This document shows, in pieces, positions 19,102 to 29,358 of a DNA stretch of 64,000 nt. Within the stretch, counting starts at the first letter, position 1; every line of letters begins with the position of its first letter. Position numbers and translations under genes: made by a program. The stretch is from an uncultured Bacilli bacterium (GTDB taxonomy: Bacteria; Bacillota_I; Bacilli_A; RF39; UBA660), in contig CAKPIH010000001.1 in NCBI GenBank assembly GCA_934162325.1, forward strand, positions 4,490-68,489, read 5' to 3'. A model generated the notes under the pieces. That model did not search any database. It was given only the letters and a program-made list of their open reading frames with translations, and was not told the DNA's origin.

Positions 19102-19470
19102 CTACTCTTCTTCCAAAGAAGAATCTTCTATAGTATCCTTTTTACGATTAGGATTAGAAGTAAGAAAAGTAACTTTCTCTGCTACTATCTCAGTCTTTTT
19201 TCTTTTAACTCCATCAGGAGATTCAATAATTCTTGTTTGAACTCTACCTTTAACACCAATCATATCGCCAGTGTCACAATACTCACTAGTAGATTCTGCA
19301 ACTGCAGACCATAAAGTACAATCTAAAAAGTCAGTATCATATTCACCATTAACATTCTTATAGTTTCTTGGTACCGCAAGAGTTAAAGTAGCATATTTCT
19401 TACCATTTTCCGTAACCTTTGTTTCAGGTGCTCTAGCAATTCTTCCTACTAAAACTATTTGATTAACCAT
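19102..19470 (-). CDS. ssbB: Single-stranded DNA-binding protein, short form lacking the acidic DDDIPF tail (SsbB-like)
   Basis: OB-fold N-terminus MVNQIVLVGRIARAPE..TENGKKYATLTLAV. 122 aa, ending ..SSLEEE. Confidence 0.75.
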   Translation of the reverse strand: MVNQIVLVGRIARAPETKVTENGKKYATLTLAVPRNYKNVNGEYDTDFLDCTLWSAVAESTSEYCDTGDMIGVKGRVQTRIIESPDGVKRKKTEIVAEKVTFLTSNPNRKKDTIEDSSLEEE

Positions 19471-19651
19471 AATTTCCTCCTTTCGCCATCACTATACCAA
19501 AAAAGAGAGATTACTTGCAAATTTTTAAAACATAATTTTCCCCTATAAAAAAATAGAGAAAATCATCGTTTCTCGGCCAGAAAAGAATTTTTTCCCTAAA
19601 AAAATATATTTCAAAAACATCTTTTAAAAATTTGCTAACTTTACATAAATT

Positions 19652-20941
19652 TTACACTTTTTCATTAATTTCTTTAATAATTGAATCAGAAATAGCCTTT
19701 GCTAAAGCATCTTGCTCTTCTTTTAAAGTATTAACATCAGTACTATTAGATATATAACCAAGTTCTAATAAGTAAGATTCATTACCTATATTACTATCAT
19801 AGTAGGGATTAACTCCTACCTTATCAGGATTACTACTATCAACATAAGCACCAGTCATAAAGCCTCCCGTTTCTCTAATCATATATAAATAATTAGATTT
19901 AGTAGTAACATTATAATGCTTATAATTTTTTTCATCATATCCATCAATCGCAGACTGAACTTCACTCTCAGTAAAGTTATGAGTATAAATACCATCATAC
20001 TTCTTATATAATCTATTTGAAGAGTATCCTAAACTAGTATTACTAGTAATATTATTTACTATATCTTTAGCTAAATCATAATTAATATCACTAGGAGTAT
20101 ATATTTCAATTCCCTTTACTTTAGAAGAACCACTCTTATTAATATGAATAGAGAAAGTATATTTACTTTTAACCTCATTAGGAATAACTGCTCTACCACC
20201 TTTATTATACTCATCCATAACATGATTTTTATCAATATCACCTTCATCATGAGTTAATTTAACAGTAATACCAGCCTTCTCTAAATTACTTTTAACTTTC
20301 TTACTAATATCCATAGTAAAATCAGTTTCTTTATAATTACCAGAAGCACCACCACCATCCATACCACCATGGCCTGGATCAATAGTAACATCATAATTTT
20401 TATTCTTACTATTATTCTTTTTAACAACAAATTCTAAAGTATTATATTCATTATTAGAATCAATAGTAATTATATTATTATATTTAGATAAAGTATAATA
20501 AACAGTTTCCTTATACTTAGTATCATTCTTAATACCATAATATTTAATAATAGGCTTTTCACTATCCTCACTATTAGGATAAGTAGCCTTAAGTACTAAA
20601 TAATAAGTACCAATATCTAAATTATCTAAATATAAACCATTATTAATAAGATTAGAAATATAATAATTAATCTTACCACCATCAGTATCAGAAGTAATTT
20701 CTATATCATTATCCTTACCATTATATAAAGTAAGACATAAACTATCATAATTCTTATCTTTAATATCAATATTACCTTCTATATTAAAATGATTACCATA
20801 AACATAATATTTAGAAGCATTACTAACCTCTTCTTCTAAATTAAGTTTGGGTACTTTACTTTTAATATAATTAACATATACAAAATAACCACCGCACCCC
20901 AAAATAACAATTACAAATAAAAATCCTAGTATCTTTTTCAT
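19652..20941 (-). CDS. N-acetylmuramoyl-L-alanine amidase (Amidase_3) with N-terminal TM and pre-domain
   Basis: Motif DPGHGGMDGGGASG..E followed by LELGYISN. Confidence 0.85.
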   Translation of the reverse strand: MKKILGFLFVIVILGCGGYFVYVNYIKSKVPKLNLEEEVSNASKYYVYGNHFNIEGNIDIKDKNYDSLCLTLYNGKDNDIEITSDTDGGKINYYISNLINNGLYLDNLDIGTYYLVLKATYPNSEDSEKPIIKYYGIKNDTKYKETVYYTLSKYNNIITIDSNNEYNTLEFVVKKNNSKNKNYDVTIDPGHGGMDGGGASGNYKETDFTMDISKKVKSNLEKAGITVKLTHDEGDIDKNHVMDEYNKGGRAVIPNEVKSKYTFSIHINKSGSSKVKGIEIYTPSDINYDLAKDIVNNITSNTSLGYSSNRLYKKYDGIYTHNFTESEVQSAIDGYDEKNYKHYNVTTKSNYLYMIRETGGFMTGAYVDSSNPDKVGVNPYYDSNIGNESYLLELGYISNSTDVNTLKEEQDALAKAISDSIIKEINEKV

Positions 20942-22252
20942 TTATTTATCTCCTATATTAATAGCAAGTAGTCTGTTAAGTTCTACTGCATACTCTGTTG
21001 GTAATTCCTCTCTAAATGCTGATATAAATCCCATAATAATAAGTTCTTTAGCCTTATCCTCATCAAGTCCTCTACTCATCAAATAAAACAACTTATCTTC
21101 ACTAATCTTTGATACTGTTGCCTCATGTTCCATAAAGGAACTATTATTATTAACAATATTAGTAGGAATAGTATCACTCTTAGATTTATCATCAAGAATC
21201 AAAGTATCACATTTAACTGAAGCCTTTGAGCCAATTGCATTCTTCGTAATTTTAACAGTACCTCTATAAGTAGCATTACCACCACCTGATGCAATAGATT
21301 TAGATATAATATTACTCTTAGTATATTTACCTAAATGAATCATCTTAGCACCAGAATCTTGTATCTGACCACTACCAGCAGCAGCAACACTAATACAAGT
21401 ACCTCTTGCATAATCACCTTTTAAAATACAAGCAGGATATTTCATATTAGTCTTAGAGCCAACATTACCATCAATCCATTCCATTAAACCATTATCTTCA
21501 ACAATAGCCCTTTTAGTAACTAAGTTATATACATCCGTAGACCAATTCTGTACAGTACTATATCTACACTTACTATTCTTACCAACAAATATTTCAACTA
21601 CTGCTGCATGAAGAGAATCCTCTGTATAAGTAGGAGCAGTACATCCCTCCATATAATGAACACTACTATTATCATCAACAATAATAAGCGTTCTCTCAAA
21701 CTGTCCCATATTCTTACTATTAATTCTAAAATAACTCTGAAGAGGTCTATCAAGTTCCGTATTAGGAGGAATATAAATAAAAGTTCCTCCACTCCATACA
21801 GCACCATTTAAAGCTGTAAATTTATTCTCATTATATTTAACTAAAGTATTAAAGTATTTTTTAAATAATTCAGGATACTCTCTTAAAGCACTATCAGTAT
21901 CCATAAAGATAACATTCTTTTTCTTTAACTCCTCATTCATATTATGATAAATAACTTCACTATCATATTGAGCCCCCATACCATCTAAGTATTTTGCTTC
22001 AGCAGAGATAACACCCAAATTATCAAAAATATTTCTAACATCACAAGAAATATTATTCCAATTATCTGTTAAATTATTCTCTCTCTCTTTATAATAAGTA
22101 ATGTTATCATAATCAATATCAAGTTTAGGTCCAAAATTAGGATTATTACTCTTTAAAAAAGCATCAAGAGATCTAAGTCTAAAATCAAGCATCCATTTAG
22201 GTTCTCCCTTAATACTAGATATTTTTTCTACTACTTCTTTAGTTAATTTCAT
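20942..22252 (-). CDS. sufB: Fe-S cluster assembly protein SufB/SufD family
   Basis: N-terminus KWMLDFRLRSLDAF and the typical SufB length and C-terminus. No adjacent sufC or sufS in the window. Confidence 0.8.
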   Translation of the reverse strand: MKLTKEVVEKISSIKGEPKWMLDFRLRSLDAFLKSNNPNFGPKLDIDYDNITYYKERENNLTDNWNNISCDVRNIFDNLGVISAEAKYLDGMGAQYDSEVIYHNMNEELKKKNVIFMDTDSALREYPELFKKYFNTLVKYNENKFTALNGAVWSGGTFIYIPPNTELDRPLQSYFRINSKNMGQFERTLIIVDDNSSVHYMEGCTAPTYTEDSLHAAVVEIFVGKNSKCRYSTVQNWSTDVYNLVTKRAIVEDNGLMEWIDGNVGSKTNMKYPACILKGDYARGTCISVAAAGSGQIQDSGAKMIHLGKYTKSNIISKSIASGGGNATYRGTVKITKNAIGSKASVKCDTLILDDKSKSDTIPTNIVNNNSSFMEHEATVSKISEDKLFYLMSRGLDEDKAKELIIMGFISAFREELPTEYAVELNRLLAINIGDK

Positions 22253-22306
22253 CTATATCACCTTGCACCCTTATTATATAAAATAAAATCCAATAAGTAA
22301 AGAAAA

Positions 22307-22337
22307 AAACTATCTATTTACAATAAATAGACAGTTT
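22307..22337. terminator. Intrinsic terminator overlapping the yunB-like stop
   Basis: 13-bp stem aaactatctattt/aaatagacagttt preceded on the plus strand by an A7 run. Confidence 0.45.
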
Positions 22338-23079
22338 AATTACTTATATTAGACCTACTACTAAAACCATTCATATAATAATCAGGAATTTTACCCTGCA
22401 CAACTTTCATAGCGATAGGAATACTAGCATCAATATTAATTTCTTCACTAATAATAGGTAAAATAATCCTCGTATCAACTTTAACATCAATCATTAATTT
22501 AATTAAAGCATTATTAATACCATATTCTGTAACATCCGTAGAAAATCCAGTAACAACATCTCCAACTAAAGATAACTTAACTGGAATCTTAGGACCAAGA
22601 TTATATAGAAGACTAGAACCAGTAACCATACCAAAAGGAATATAAGTAATAATACCCTTATCAAGTAAATCCATATCATAAGCATCCAAACTATTAAGAG
22701 GAAGTTCTAACATATCAATCTTTCCTTCCTCAATAGCCCTAAGATTAAGTTCAATCAAACTAGTCATAGTACTAAGTATTTTAGAAGAATTCTTACTATT
22801 AAAATCAATTAAAACAATTTCTCCTTTATCATTATAAACAATATCAAAAATATCATCAGCCCATGAATCACTCATCTGTTTAGTAATAGCCTTATTAATA
22901 ACTAAAACAGTAAGTTTCCTAGTCTCAGCCTCAGCATAAGCCATAAGTACATCTCTAGATTTATTAGAATAATAATTAATAAATATAATAATAAATAATA
23001 CTAGAAATATAAAAATAACAATAATAGTATTAATAACTTTACTTTTTTTCTTTTTCTTATTCTTCAGTAACATTCTCAT
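22336..23079 (-). CDS. yunB: Sporulation protein YunB-like
   Basis: Lys-rich N-terminus followed by a TM segment. C-terminal region GSSLLYNLGPKIPVKLSLVGDV..EYGINN is typical of the YunB family. Confidence 0.5.
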   Translation of the reverse strand: MRMLLKNKKKKKSKVINTIIVIFIFLVLFIIIFINYYSNKSRDVLMAYAEAETRKLTVLVINKAITKQMSDSWADDIFDIVYNDKGEIVLIDFNSKNSSKILSTMTSLIELNLRAIEEGKIDMLELPLNSLDAYDMDLLDKGIITYIPFGMVTGSSLLYNLGPKIPVKLSLVGDVVTGFSTDVTEYGINNALIKLMIDVKVDTRIILPIISEEINIDASIPIAMKVVQGKIPDYYMNGFSSRSNISN

Positions 23080-23100
23080 ACTAAATTATATGAAATAACC

Positions 23101-23388
23101 CTATTTAAAAGAAATAAAACCTCCAGTAATACTCAAAGTATCATATCCAAAAGCATTAAGTCTCTTACTAATCTCTAAACTTTGTTTGCCCTCTTCACAA
23201 TAAAGATAATATCTCTTATTCTTATTTAAATAATGAGAATAATTATTAAGTAAATTATAATAAGGTATATTAATAGCATTCTTAACATGAGAAATACTAT
23301 ATGAATAATTATCTCTAATATCAATAATAATAGGACTACTAATTTTCTTCAATTCATAAATAGAAATCGTATTCATATCACACCTCAC
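23101..23388 (-). CDS. Rhodanese-domain protein
   Basis: IIDIRDNYSYSISHVKNAINIP followed by the active-site CEEGKQS. Confidence 0.7.
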   Translation of the reverse strand: MRCDMNTISIYELKKISSPIIIDIRDNYSYSISHVKNAINIPYYNLLNNYSHYLNKNKRYYLYCEEGKQSLEISKRLNAFGYDTLSITGGFISFK

Positions 23389-23449
23389 TATAATATATAC
23401 TAAATATAAATAAGTGAAAAGTAAATTAGTACAATTTTTCCATACCTTT

Positions 23450-23501
23450 CACTAAAAGCCAAAGTCTTTTAGTGTTACTTCTAGCCTGTAGTCTAGAAGT
23501 A
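23450..23501. repeat. Tandem-hairpin element (instance 3)
   Basis: Hairpins cactaaaag[ccaaagt]cttttagtg and tacttctag[cctgtagt]ctagaagta. Confidence 0.5.
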
Positions 23502-23586
23502 AAAATTATAAAATATGTATTGGTGTGAAATACTTTCTAACTAAAACATTCTCCAAAGAAAAAAACTTAAGAATAATCTTAAGTAA

Positions 23587-24585
23587 TTATAAACTAAGTA
23601 ATTTTTTAGCTGTCCTAACCATTTGAGCAGAATATCCCATCTCGTTATCATACCAAGAAATAACTTTAACCATTTGTTTACCATCATGTTCTACTACTTT
23701 AGTTAAAGATAAATCTGCTAGTGCACCACAAGTAGTACCAATAACATCAGAAGAAACAATTGGATCAGTAGTAGTAACTAAAGTCTCACTAGCATTATTT
23801 ATAAATGCACTATTAATTTCTTCTGCTGTAACTTTCTCAGTAAGTTCTAAAGATAAGTCAACTAAGCTACCATCAGATACTGGTACCCTAATAGCACCAC
23901 CACTAAGTTTACCATCTAAACTTGGAATTACTTTACCAATTGCAATAGCAGCCCCAGTAGAAGTGGGAACAATATTCATTGCACATGCTCTACCTCTTCT
24001 TTCTTTAATACCTTTTTTATGTGAAACATCTAAAGTAACTTGATCATTAGTATAAGCATGAATTGTAGTCATAAATCCTCTTTCAATACCAAAGTTATCA
24101 TCAAGTACTTTAACAATTGGTGCTAAACAATTAGTAGTACAAGAAGCTGCTGATACAATAACATCATCACTAGTTAATATACCATCATTAACATTATAAA
24201 CAACAGTCTTCATATCTCCCTTACCAGGAGCACTAATAAGTACTTTCTTAGCACCTGCCAAAATATGTTTATTGGCATCTTCCTTCTTAGTAAACTTACC
24301 AGTACATTCAAACACTAAATCGATACCAAGTTCTCCCCAAGGAAGATTACTAGGATCCATCTCACTATATACTCTAGTTTTCTTACCATCAACAATAATA
24401 CCTTCTTCATCAAAAGTAATATCTTTATCATAAATTCTATGATTAGTATCATATCTAAGTAAATAAGCAAGTTCTTCACTACTAGATAAATCATTAATGG
24501 CTACTACATCAAAGAAATCATCTTCTTCCATTAGTCTATATACTAATCTACCAATTCTACCAAAACCATTTATTGCTATTTTCAT
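23587..24585 (-). CDS. gap: Glyceraldehyde-3-phosphate dehydrogenase
   Basis: Motifs KIAINGFGRIGR and SCTTNCLAP. Confidence 0.95.
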   Translation of the reverse strand: MKIAINGFGRIGRLVYRLMEEDDFFDVVAINDLSSSEELAYLLRYDTNHRIYDKDITFDEEGIIVDGKKTRVYSEMDPSNLPWGELGIDLVFECTGKFTKKEDANKHILAGAKKVLISAPGKGDMKTVVYNVNDGILTSDDVIVSAASCTTNCLAPIVKVLDDNFGIERGFMTTIHAYTNDQVTLDVSHKKGIKERRGRACAMNIVPTSTGAAIAIGKVIPSLDGKLSGGAIRVPVSDGSLVDLSLELTEKVTAEEINSAFINNASETLVTTTDPIVSSDVIGTTCGALADLSLTKVVEHDGKQMVKVISWYDNEMGYSAQMVRTAKKLLSL

Positions 24586-24677
24586 TTCTATCATCTCCTA
24601 AGTATATTATATATTATTTTATCCAAAATATAAAATATTTTCTTTCTTACTTTACACTTTTTTGATATTTTAATAAC

Positions 24678-25682
24678 CTAAATATCATGCAAACACTTAT
24701 TAATACCATTACCAATAATCATAGAAAGTTTATCAATAACAAAATCAACTTCTTTAGGAGTAACAATAAAATTATAATTAACTGAAGTAAGAACTTCTTC
24801 AATCAAGCTTTTCTTATCAGTATCCGATAATTCTCCTATCATACCAAGAATATTTCTTTTCTCTTCTAAATTTAAACCCTTATCTTTAATTTTATCTACA
24901 TAATTACTTCTATTAAAAATAAGTTTGTTTTTACTTTGATTATCTTTAATATAAGAAATATGTTTGAATAAATAATTAATAGTATCATATACAATAACAG
25001 AAGCCTCTACTACTGTAGGAACCCCAATAGCAATAACAGGAATACCCATAGTATCATAACTAATTTCTTTTCTCATATTACCAACACCACTACCAGGATG
25101 AATACCAGTATCGGTAATTTGAATACTCTTATTAACTCTATCCATACTACCAGCAGCAAGAGCATCAACTACTACTACCATATTCGGCTTAACTTCATTA
25201 ATAACAGCCTTAATATAATCACTAGTCTCTATCCCAGTACATGCCATAACACCAGGACAAAAACCAGCTACTTTTTTAATACCCTTACTAACATCTTCCC
25301 CAAGTACAAATAAATGCCTAGTAATAATTAAATTATCAATAACTTTAGGTCCCAAACTATCAGGAGTACTCTTATCATTACCAAGACCAATAACAAGAAT
25401 ATTATTATTATCACCAACAAAATCATTAAACACTTTAATAAAAATTTCCTCTATCCTATCACAATTTTCTTTATCTGTAGCATCATCAAACAAAATAGTA
25501 ACATACTTACCTTTCTTTCTATTAATAAGTTTACTACTATCATCATCGACATTAACACTAATAACAGAAATATCTCCGTAATTCTCTGTTTTAGTATCAA
25601 TATAATTATCATTATCAGTAATACTTTCAAGTATCAAATCAGTCCTAATATTATACTTGTTTAAGTCAATTTCATGCCCCAT
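24678..25682 (-). CDS. gpr: Germination protease (spore protease GPR)
   Basis: Motifs GLGNDKSTPDSLGP and DTGIHPGSGVGN. Lies divergent from rpsT as in Bacillus. Confidence 0.85.
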   Translation of the reverse strand: MGHEIDLNKYNIRTDLILESITDNDNYIDTKTENYGDISVISVNVDDDSSKLINRKKGKYVTILFDDATDKENCDRIEEIFIKVFNDFVGDNNNILVIGLGNDKSTPDSLGPKVIDNLIITRHLFVLGEDVSKGIKKVAGFCPGVMACTGIETSDYIKAVINEVKPNMVVVVDALAAGSMDRVNKSIQITDTGIHPGSGVGNMRKEISYDTMGIPVIAIGVPTVVEASVIVYDTINYLFKHISYIKDNQSKNKLIFNRSNYVDKIKDKGLNLEEKRNILGMIGELSDTDKKSLIEEVLTSVNYNFIVTPKEVDFVIDKLSMIIGNGINKCLHDI

Positions 25683-25785
25683 ATCTATCACCAGTAATAT
25701 TTTTTACAAAAAACACTAAAAATATTTGCTTTTTCTATAATTTTTTGGTAAAATTATAATTAGTTTTGGAAGGAGATGAATTTTT

Positions 25786-26055
25786 ATGGCAAATGTTAAA
25801 AATGCAAAGAAAAAAATAATTCAAATAAGAAAAACAACTTTAGCACATCAACAATTAAAGTCTACTGTTAAAAATGCTATTAAAGAAACAGATAAAGCTG
25901 TATTAGCAGGAAATAAAGAACTAGCAGACAAATCATTAAAGAAAGCAATCAAAGCTTTAGATAACGCTAAAGTTAAAGGTTTAGTTCATAAAAATAAAGT
26001 TGATAGAGAAAAATCAAGATTAACTAAAAAAGTAAATACTATGGAAGTAAAATAA
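25786..26055 (+). CDS. rpsT: 30S ribosomal protein S20
   Basis: N-terminus MANVKNAKKKI..RK followed by a basic helical protein of 89 aa. Preceded by a GGAAGGAG SD. Confidence 0.9.
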   Translation: MANVKNAKKKIIQIRKTTLAHQQLKSTVKNAIKETDKAVLAGNKELADKSLKKAIKALDNAKVKGLVHKNKVDREKSRLTKKVNTMEVK

Positions 26056-26111
26056 TTACTTCTTTTTTTTACATAAAAAAACGAGATATTACTCTCATTT
26101 AATTACTCTAT

Positions 26112-26813
26112 TTAAACATTATCACTATATTTAGTAACGATATATTTACCATCTATCTTCTCTATCTTAGAAGAAATAGTAAGTAAGTTACTAGGAGTAT
26201 TATCTCCTACTGAATAATAAGAAATAACAACTTCCACATCAAAACTATCATTACCTAAATTTAAAACATCATATTTAGTATTATCATTATTAATCATATT
26301 TTCATTTCTAAGGTAAGCTAAATCAACACCCTTATGTGCTACCATACAATATAATTTACCATCTTTTTCTTGATACTTATTATTATCAAAATACTCATTA
26401 ATAAGTTCACTACTAATACTCTCTTCCAAATATTTTTTTACTTCACTAACACTCTTAAACTTAGAAGATAAATCATAAGTATCACTATCTATAGTCAAAA
26501 AGTCAGCATCTTCATCAAATTCACCACAGTAACCATATAGTCCTCTCTTTTGATTAGCCAAGCTAATCATAATAGGCATCTTCTCTTTACTAATAGCAAT
26601 TGCTTCTTCCTTAGAAATAGTTTTATTATTCTTATCATCATCATTATTTTTATTATTATTTATATTAGTATTATCTTCTACCACAACATCATTCTTATTA
26701 CTAAAATCAATCTTTTTAGTAGCCAGTAAATAAACAAATACACTAAGTAACACTATAACTATAATCATAATCATAGTACCAACATTACTCTTTCTCTTCT
26801 TTCTTTTCCCCAT
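26112..26813 (-). CDS. Membrane-anchored protein of unknown function
   Basis: N-terminal basic segment followed by a single TM helix, then an Asn/Asp-rich linker. Confidence 0.5.
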   Translation of the reverse strand: MGKRKKRKSNVGTMIMIIVIVLLSVFVYLLATKKIDFSNKNDVVVEDNTNINNNKNNDDDKNNKTISKEEAIAISKEKMPIMISLANQKRGLYGYCGEFDEDADFLTIDSDTYDLSSKFKSVSEVKKYLEESISSELINEYFDNNKYQEKDGKLYCMVAHKGVDLAYLRNENMINNDNTKYDVLNLGNDSFDVEVVISYYSVGDNTPSNLLTISSKIEKIDGKYIVTKYSDNV

Positions 26814-26878
26814 ACCTATCCTCCTATTAAATTATATCAAAAAAATATAAAAAAAGAAAGAGAAAAAAATTTCTCCTC

Positions 26879-27037
26879 CTACATCATATTTTCTAGGTCA
26901 CTAATAGCTTTAGTTTTAGCGGAATTCATCTTTCTAACTAACTTCTTCATATTACCATTTTTTATATTTGTGTATAGAGCGGCGCTCCCAACTCCAATAC
27001 CTAATCCCATTAAAGCCATACCTGTCTTAGATTTCAT
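26879..27037 (-). CDS. Small 52-aa protein (MKSKTGMALMGLGIGVGSAALYTNIKNG...), Gly-rich with one TM helix
   Basis: GAGAGGTGAG SD upstream of the ATG. Not in the ORF track because it is short. Confidence 0.35.
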   Translation of the reverse strand: MKSKTGMALMGLGIGVGSAALYTNIKNGNMKKLVRKMNSAKTKAISDLENMM

Positions 27038-27110
27038 AATCTCACCTCTCTAAAATATGATTGGTATTTAATATACCAATCATATTATTAACCATATATC
27101 AATAATTATA

Positions 27111-29294
27111 CTATTCATTATAAAAATTAATAATAAAATCTTTTAAAGTAGTTTTTCTATTATCAACATAATCATTATTAATACCATAAATAAAAGCATT
27201 CGAGTCTCCTACTATAACAAGACTTTTTTTAGCTCTAGTAACACCAGTATAAACAAGTTTATTATAAAGCATTCTTTTAAAAGAATTAACAACAGGCATA
27301 ATAACCATATCAAATTCACTACCTTGTGCTTTATGAATACTAATAGCATATCCATGTCTAAAATTAATAAATTTATCTGGTGTATACTCAACAATATTAC
27401 CATCATAATTAATATTAATCTGATTAATTATTTTTTTATCTTTAGAAATAATAATATCTTCAATATATCCAATATCACCATTATAAACATTATTATCCGG
27501 ATCATTAACAAGTTGTAATACCTTATCATATTCTCTAAAAATAACATTTCTAATTTTAATTTCTTTTTTATTTTTACTACTAGGATTAAATAATTCTTGT
27601 AGCATAATATTAAGATTATCAATACCATTTAAAGACTTATACATAGGAGCAAGTATCTGTACTTCCCTATCAGTATATCCTTTTTTAATAGCTTTTTTAA
27701 CAACTTCTTTAATATAACTACCAGTATTATCATTATCACTACTAATAAATAAATAATCATCTTTTTTAATAAATAAATCTTCACTAATATTTTTATTCTT
27801 AATATCATAAGCCAAGTTAAGAATATATGAACCTTCACTTTGTCTATATATTTGATTAAGTCTAATTACAGGCAAACAATCACTATCAATAATATCTTTA
27901 AGTATCTGTCCTTCACTAACGCTAGGTAATTGATAGTAATCTCCTACTAAAATAAGTTTAGCATCTCTTCTAATACCCTTAAATAAAGCTTCCATAAGTA
28001 AAGTATCAATCATACTAACTTCATCAACAATAATATATTTTTGGCCATTTGGAGAATATTCATCGGTAGCAAAAGTATTAGTATCCTTATCCCATCCTAA
28101 ATATTTATGAATAGTACTAGCACTAATACCAGTAGTTTCCATAAGTTTCTTACTAGCTCTCCCTGTTGGAGCAAGAAGTGCAATATCATCTTTTTTTAAT
28201 TTTTTTTCATGAATGAGAATATTAACAATTGCCTTAACAATTGTAGTCTTACCAGTTCCAGGTCCACCGGTAATAATAGTAATATTATTATTAACTCCAG
28301 AATAAATAGCCTTCTTCTGTAATTCATCATACTTAATTTTATTATCTTTTTCTTTATTATCAATATATTTATCAATACTAATATTACTATTAATACTCAT
28401 ATCATTAAGAAAACAAAGCCTTTCACAAATATATTTTTCAGCCTCATAAAATTTTCTTAAATAATATCTCTTATCTTCAATAATAATTTTTTTATTCTTA
28501 ACAAGTTTTACCATCAAATAGTCAAATTTTTCATTACTAATACTAACATAATTAGATAACATATTAGATATTTCTTCCAAAAATAAATAAGTATCTCCAT
28601 TATTAAAACACAATTCTTTCATAATATAAATAATTAATGCTTTAATTCTTCTTTCATCATCTTCATTAATTCCCATACCAAGAGCAATTTCATCAATCTT
28701 AACAAAAGACATCTCATCACTATCAATAAGTTCATATATATTATTATTAACAGTATCTAATATTTTATTATTATATTTATTTAAAAAAGATAAAGAATCT
28801 TTCATGTCAAAACCAAGTTTAGTAAGTTCCATAACAATATTAGAAGTACTTTGATAATCCACTAAAACATTGTATATTCTATTAATTTTATTTTCCCCAA
28901 GTCTAGGTATCAATTGAAGGCAATCTTTATTTTCAAGTATTTTATTAATAGTATCCTCATGAAAAGTATCAACAATCTTTTTAGCAGTCTTTTCTCCAAT
29001 TGGAAATAAATCACTTGATAAAAAGACAACTAATTCTTCTTCTTTACTGGGAATATTAACCTCAAAAGAGTTAACATTAAATTGTTTTCCATACTTACTA
29101 TGATAAACAACATTTCCATATAAAATATATTCTTTTTTTTCACTAAGTCTAGGTAATACTCCAGTTATATGTATCATATCATCATCATAGTCAATATTAT
29201 TATCCTTTATTTTAAAAAGACCAACCATATAACCATTAATCTCATTACGATATATTTCTTTATATAAAAAGCCTTTAATAAAATTATCTTTCAT
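27111..29294 (-). CDS. recD2: RecD2-type SF1B DNA helicase
   Basis: Walker A GGPGTGKTT, a Q-motif and an N-terminal OB/HhH region, with helicase motifs throughout. 727 aa. Confidence 0.85.
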   Translation of the reverse strand: MKDNFIKGFLYKEIYRNEINGYMVGLFKIKDNNIDYDDDMIHITGVLPRLSEKKEYILYGNVVYHSKYGKQFNVNSFEVNIPSKEEELVVFLSSDLFPIGEKTAKKIVDTFHEDTINKILENKDCLQLIPRLGENKINRIYNVLVDYQSTSNIVMELTKLGFDMKDSLSFLNKYNNKILDTVNNNIYELIDSDEMSFVKIDEIALGMGINEDDERRIKALIIYIMKELCFNNGDTYLFLEEISNMLSNYVSISNEKFDYLMVKLVKNKKIIIEDKRYYLRKFYEAEKYICERLCFLNDMSINSNISIDKYIDNKEKDNKIKYDELQKKAIYSGVNNNITIITGGPGTGKTTIVKAIVNILIHEKKLKKDDIALLAPTGRASKKLMETTGISASTIHKYLGWDKDTNTFATDEYSPNGQKYIIVDEVSMIDTLLMEALFKGIRRDAKLILVGDYYQLPSVSEGQILKDIIDSDCLPVIRLNQIYRQSEGSYILNLAYDIKNKNISEDLFIKKDDYLFISSDNDNTGSYIKEVVKKAIKKGYTDREVQILAPMYKSLNGIDNLNIMLQELFNPSSKNKKEIKIRNVIFREYDKVLQLVNDPDNNVYNGDIGYIEDIIISKDKKIINQININYDGNIVEYTPDKFINFRHGYAISIHKAQGSEFDMVIMPVVNSFKRMLYNKLVYTGVTRAKKSLVIVGDSNAFIYGINNDYVDNRKTTLKDFIINFYNE

Positions 29295-29358
29295 ATAATA
29301 CCTCTTTTCTTAATAATTATAACAATTATAAGAATTAAAGTAAAGAAAAAAGAACTAT

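Noticed and set aside
19581-19593. AAAA-N5-TTTT (ComK-box-like) sequence upstream of ssbB-like gene
   Set aside because: Only a single box. A functional K-box needs two AT-boxes with defined spacing, and AAAA/TTTT runs are expected by chance at this AT content.
22336-25682. Treating gpr, yunB, spoVID, sspI and cotJ as a sporulation island
   Set aside because: These genes are dispersed among housekeeping genes and follow ancestral Bacillus-like synteny (rpsT/gpr, spoVID-ysxE). They reflect an endospore-forming lineage rather than an acquired island.
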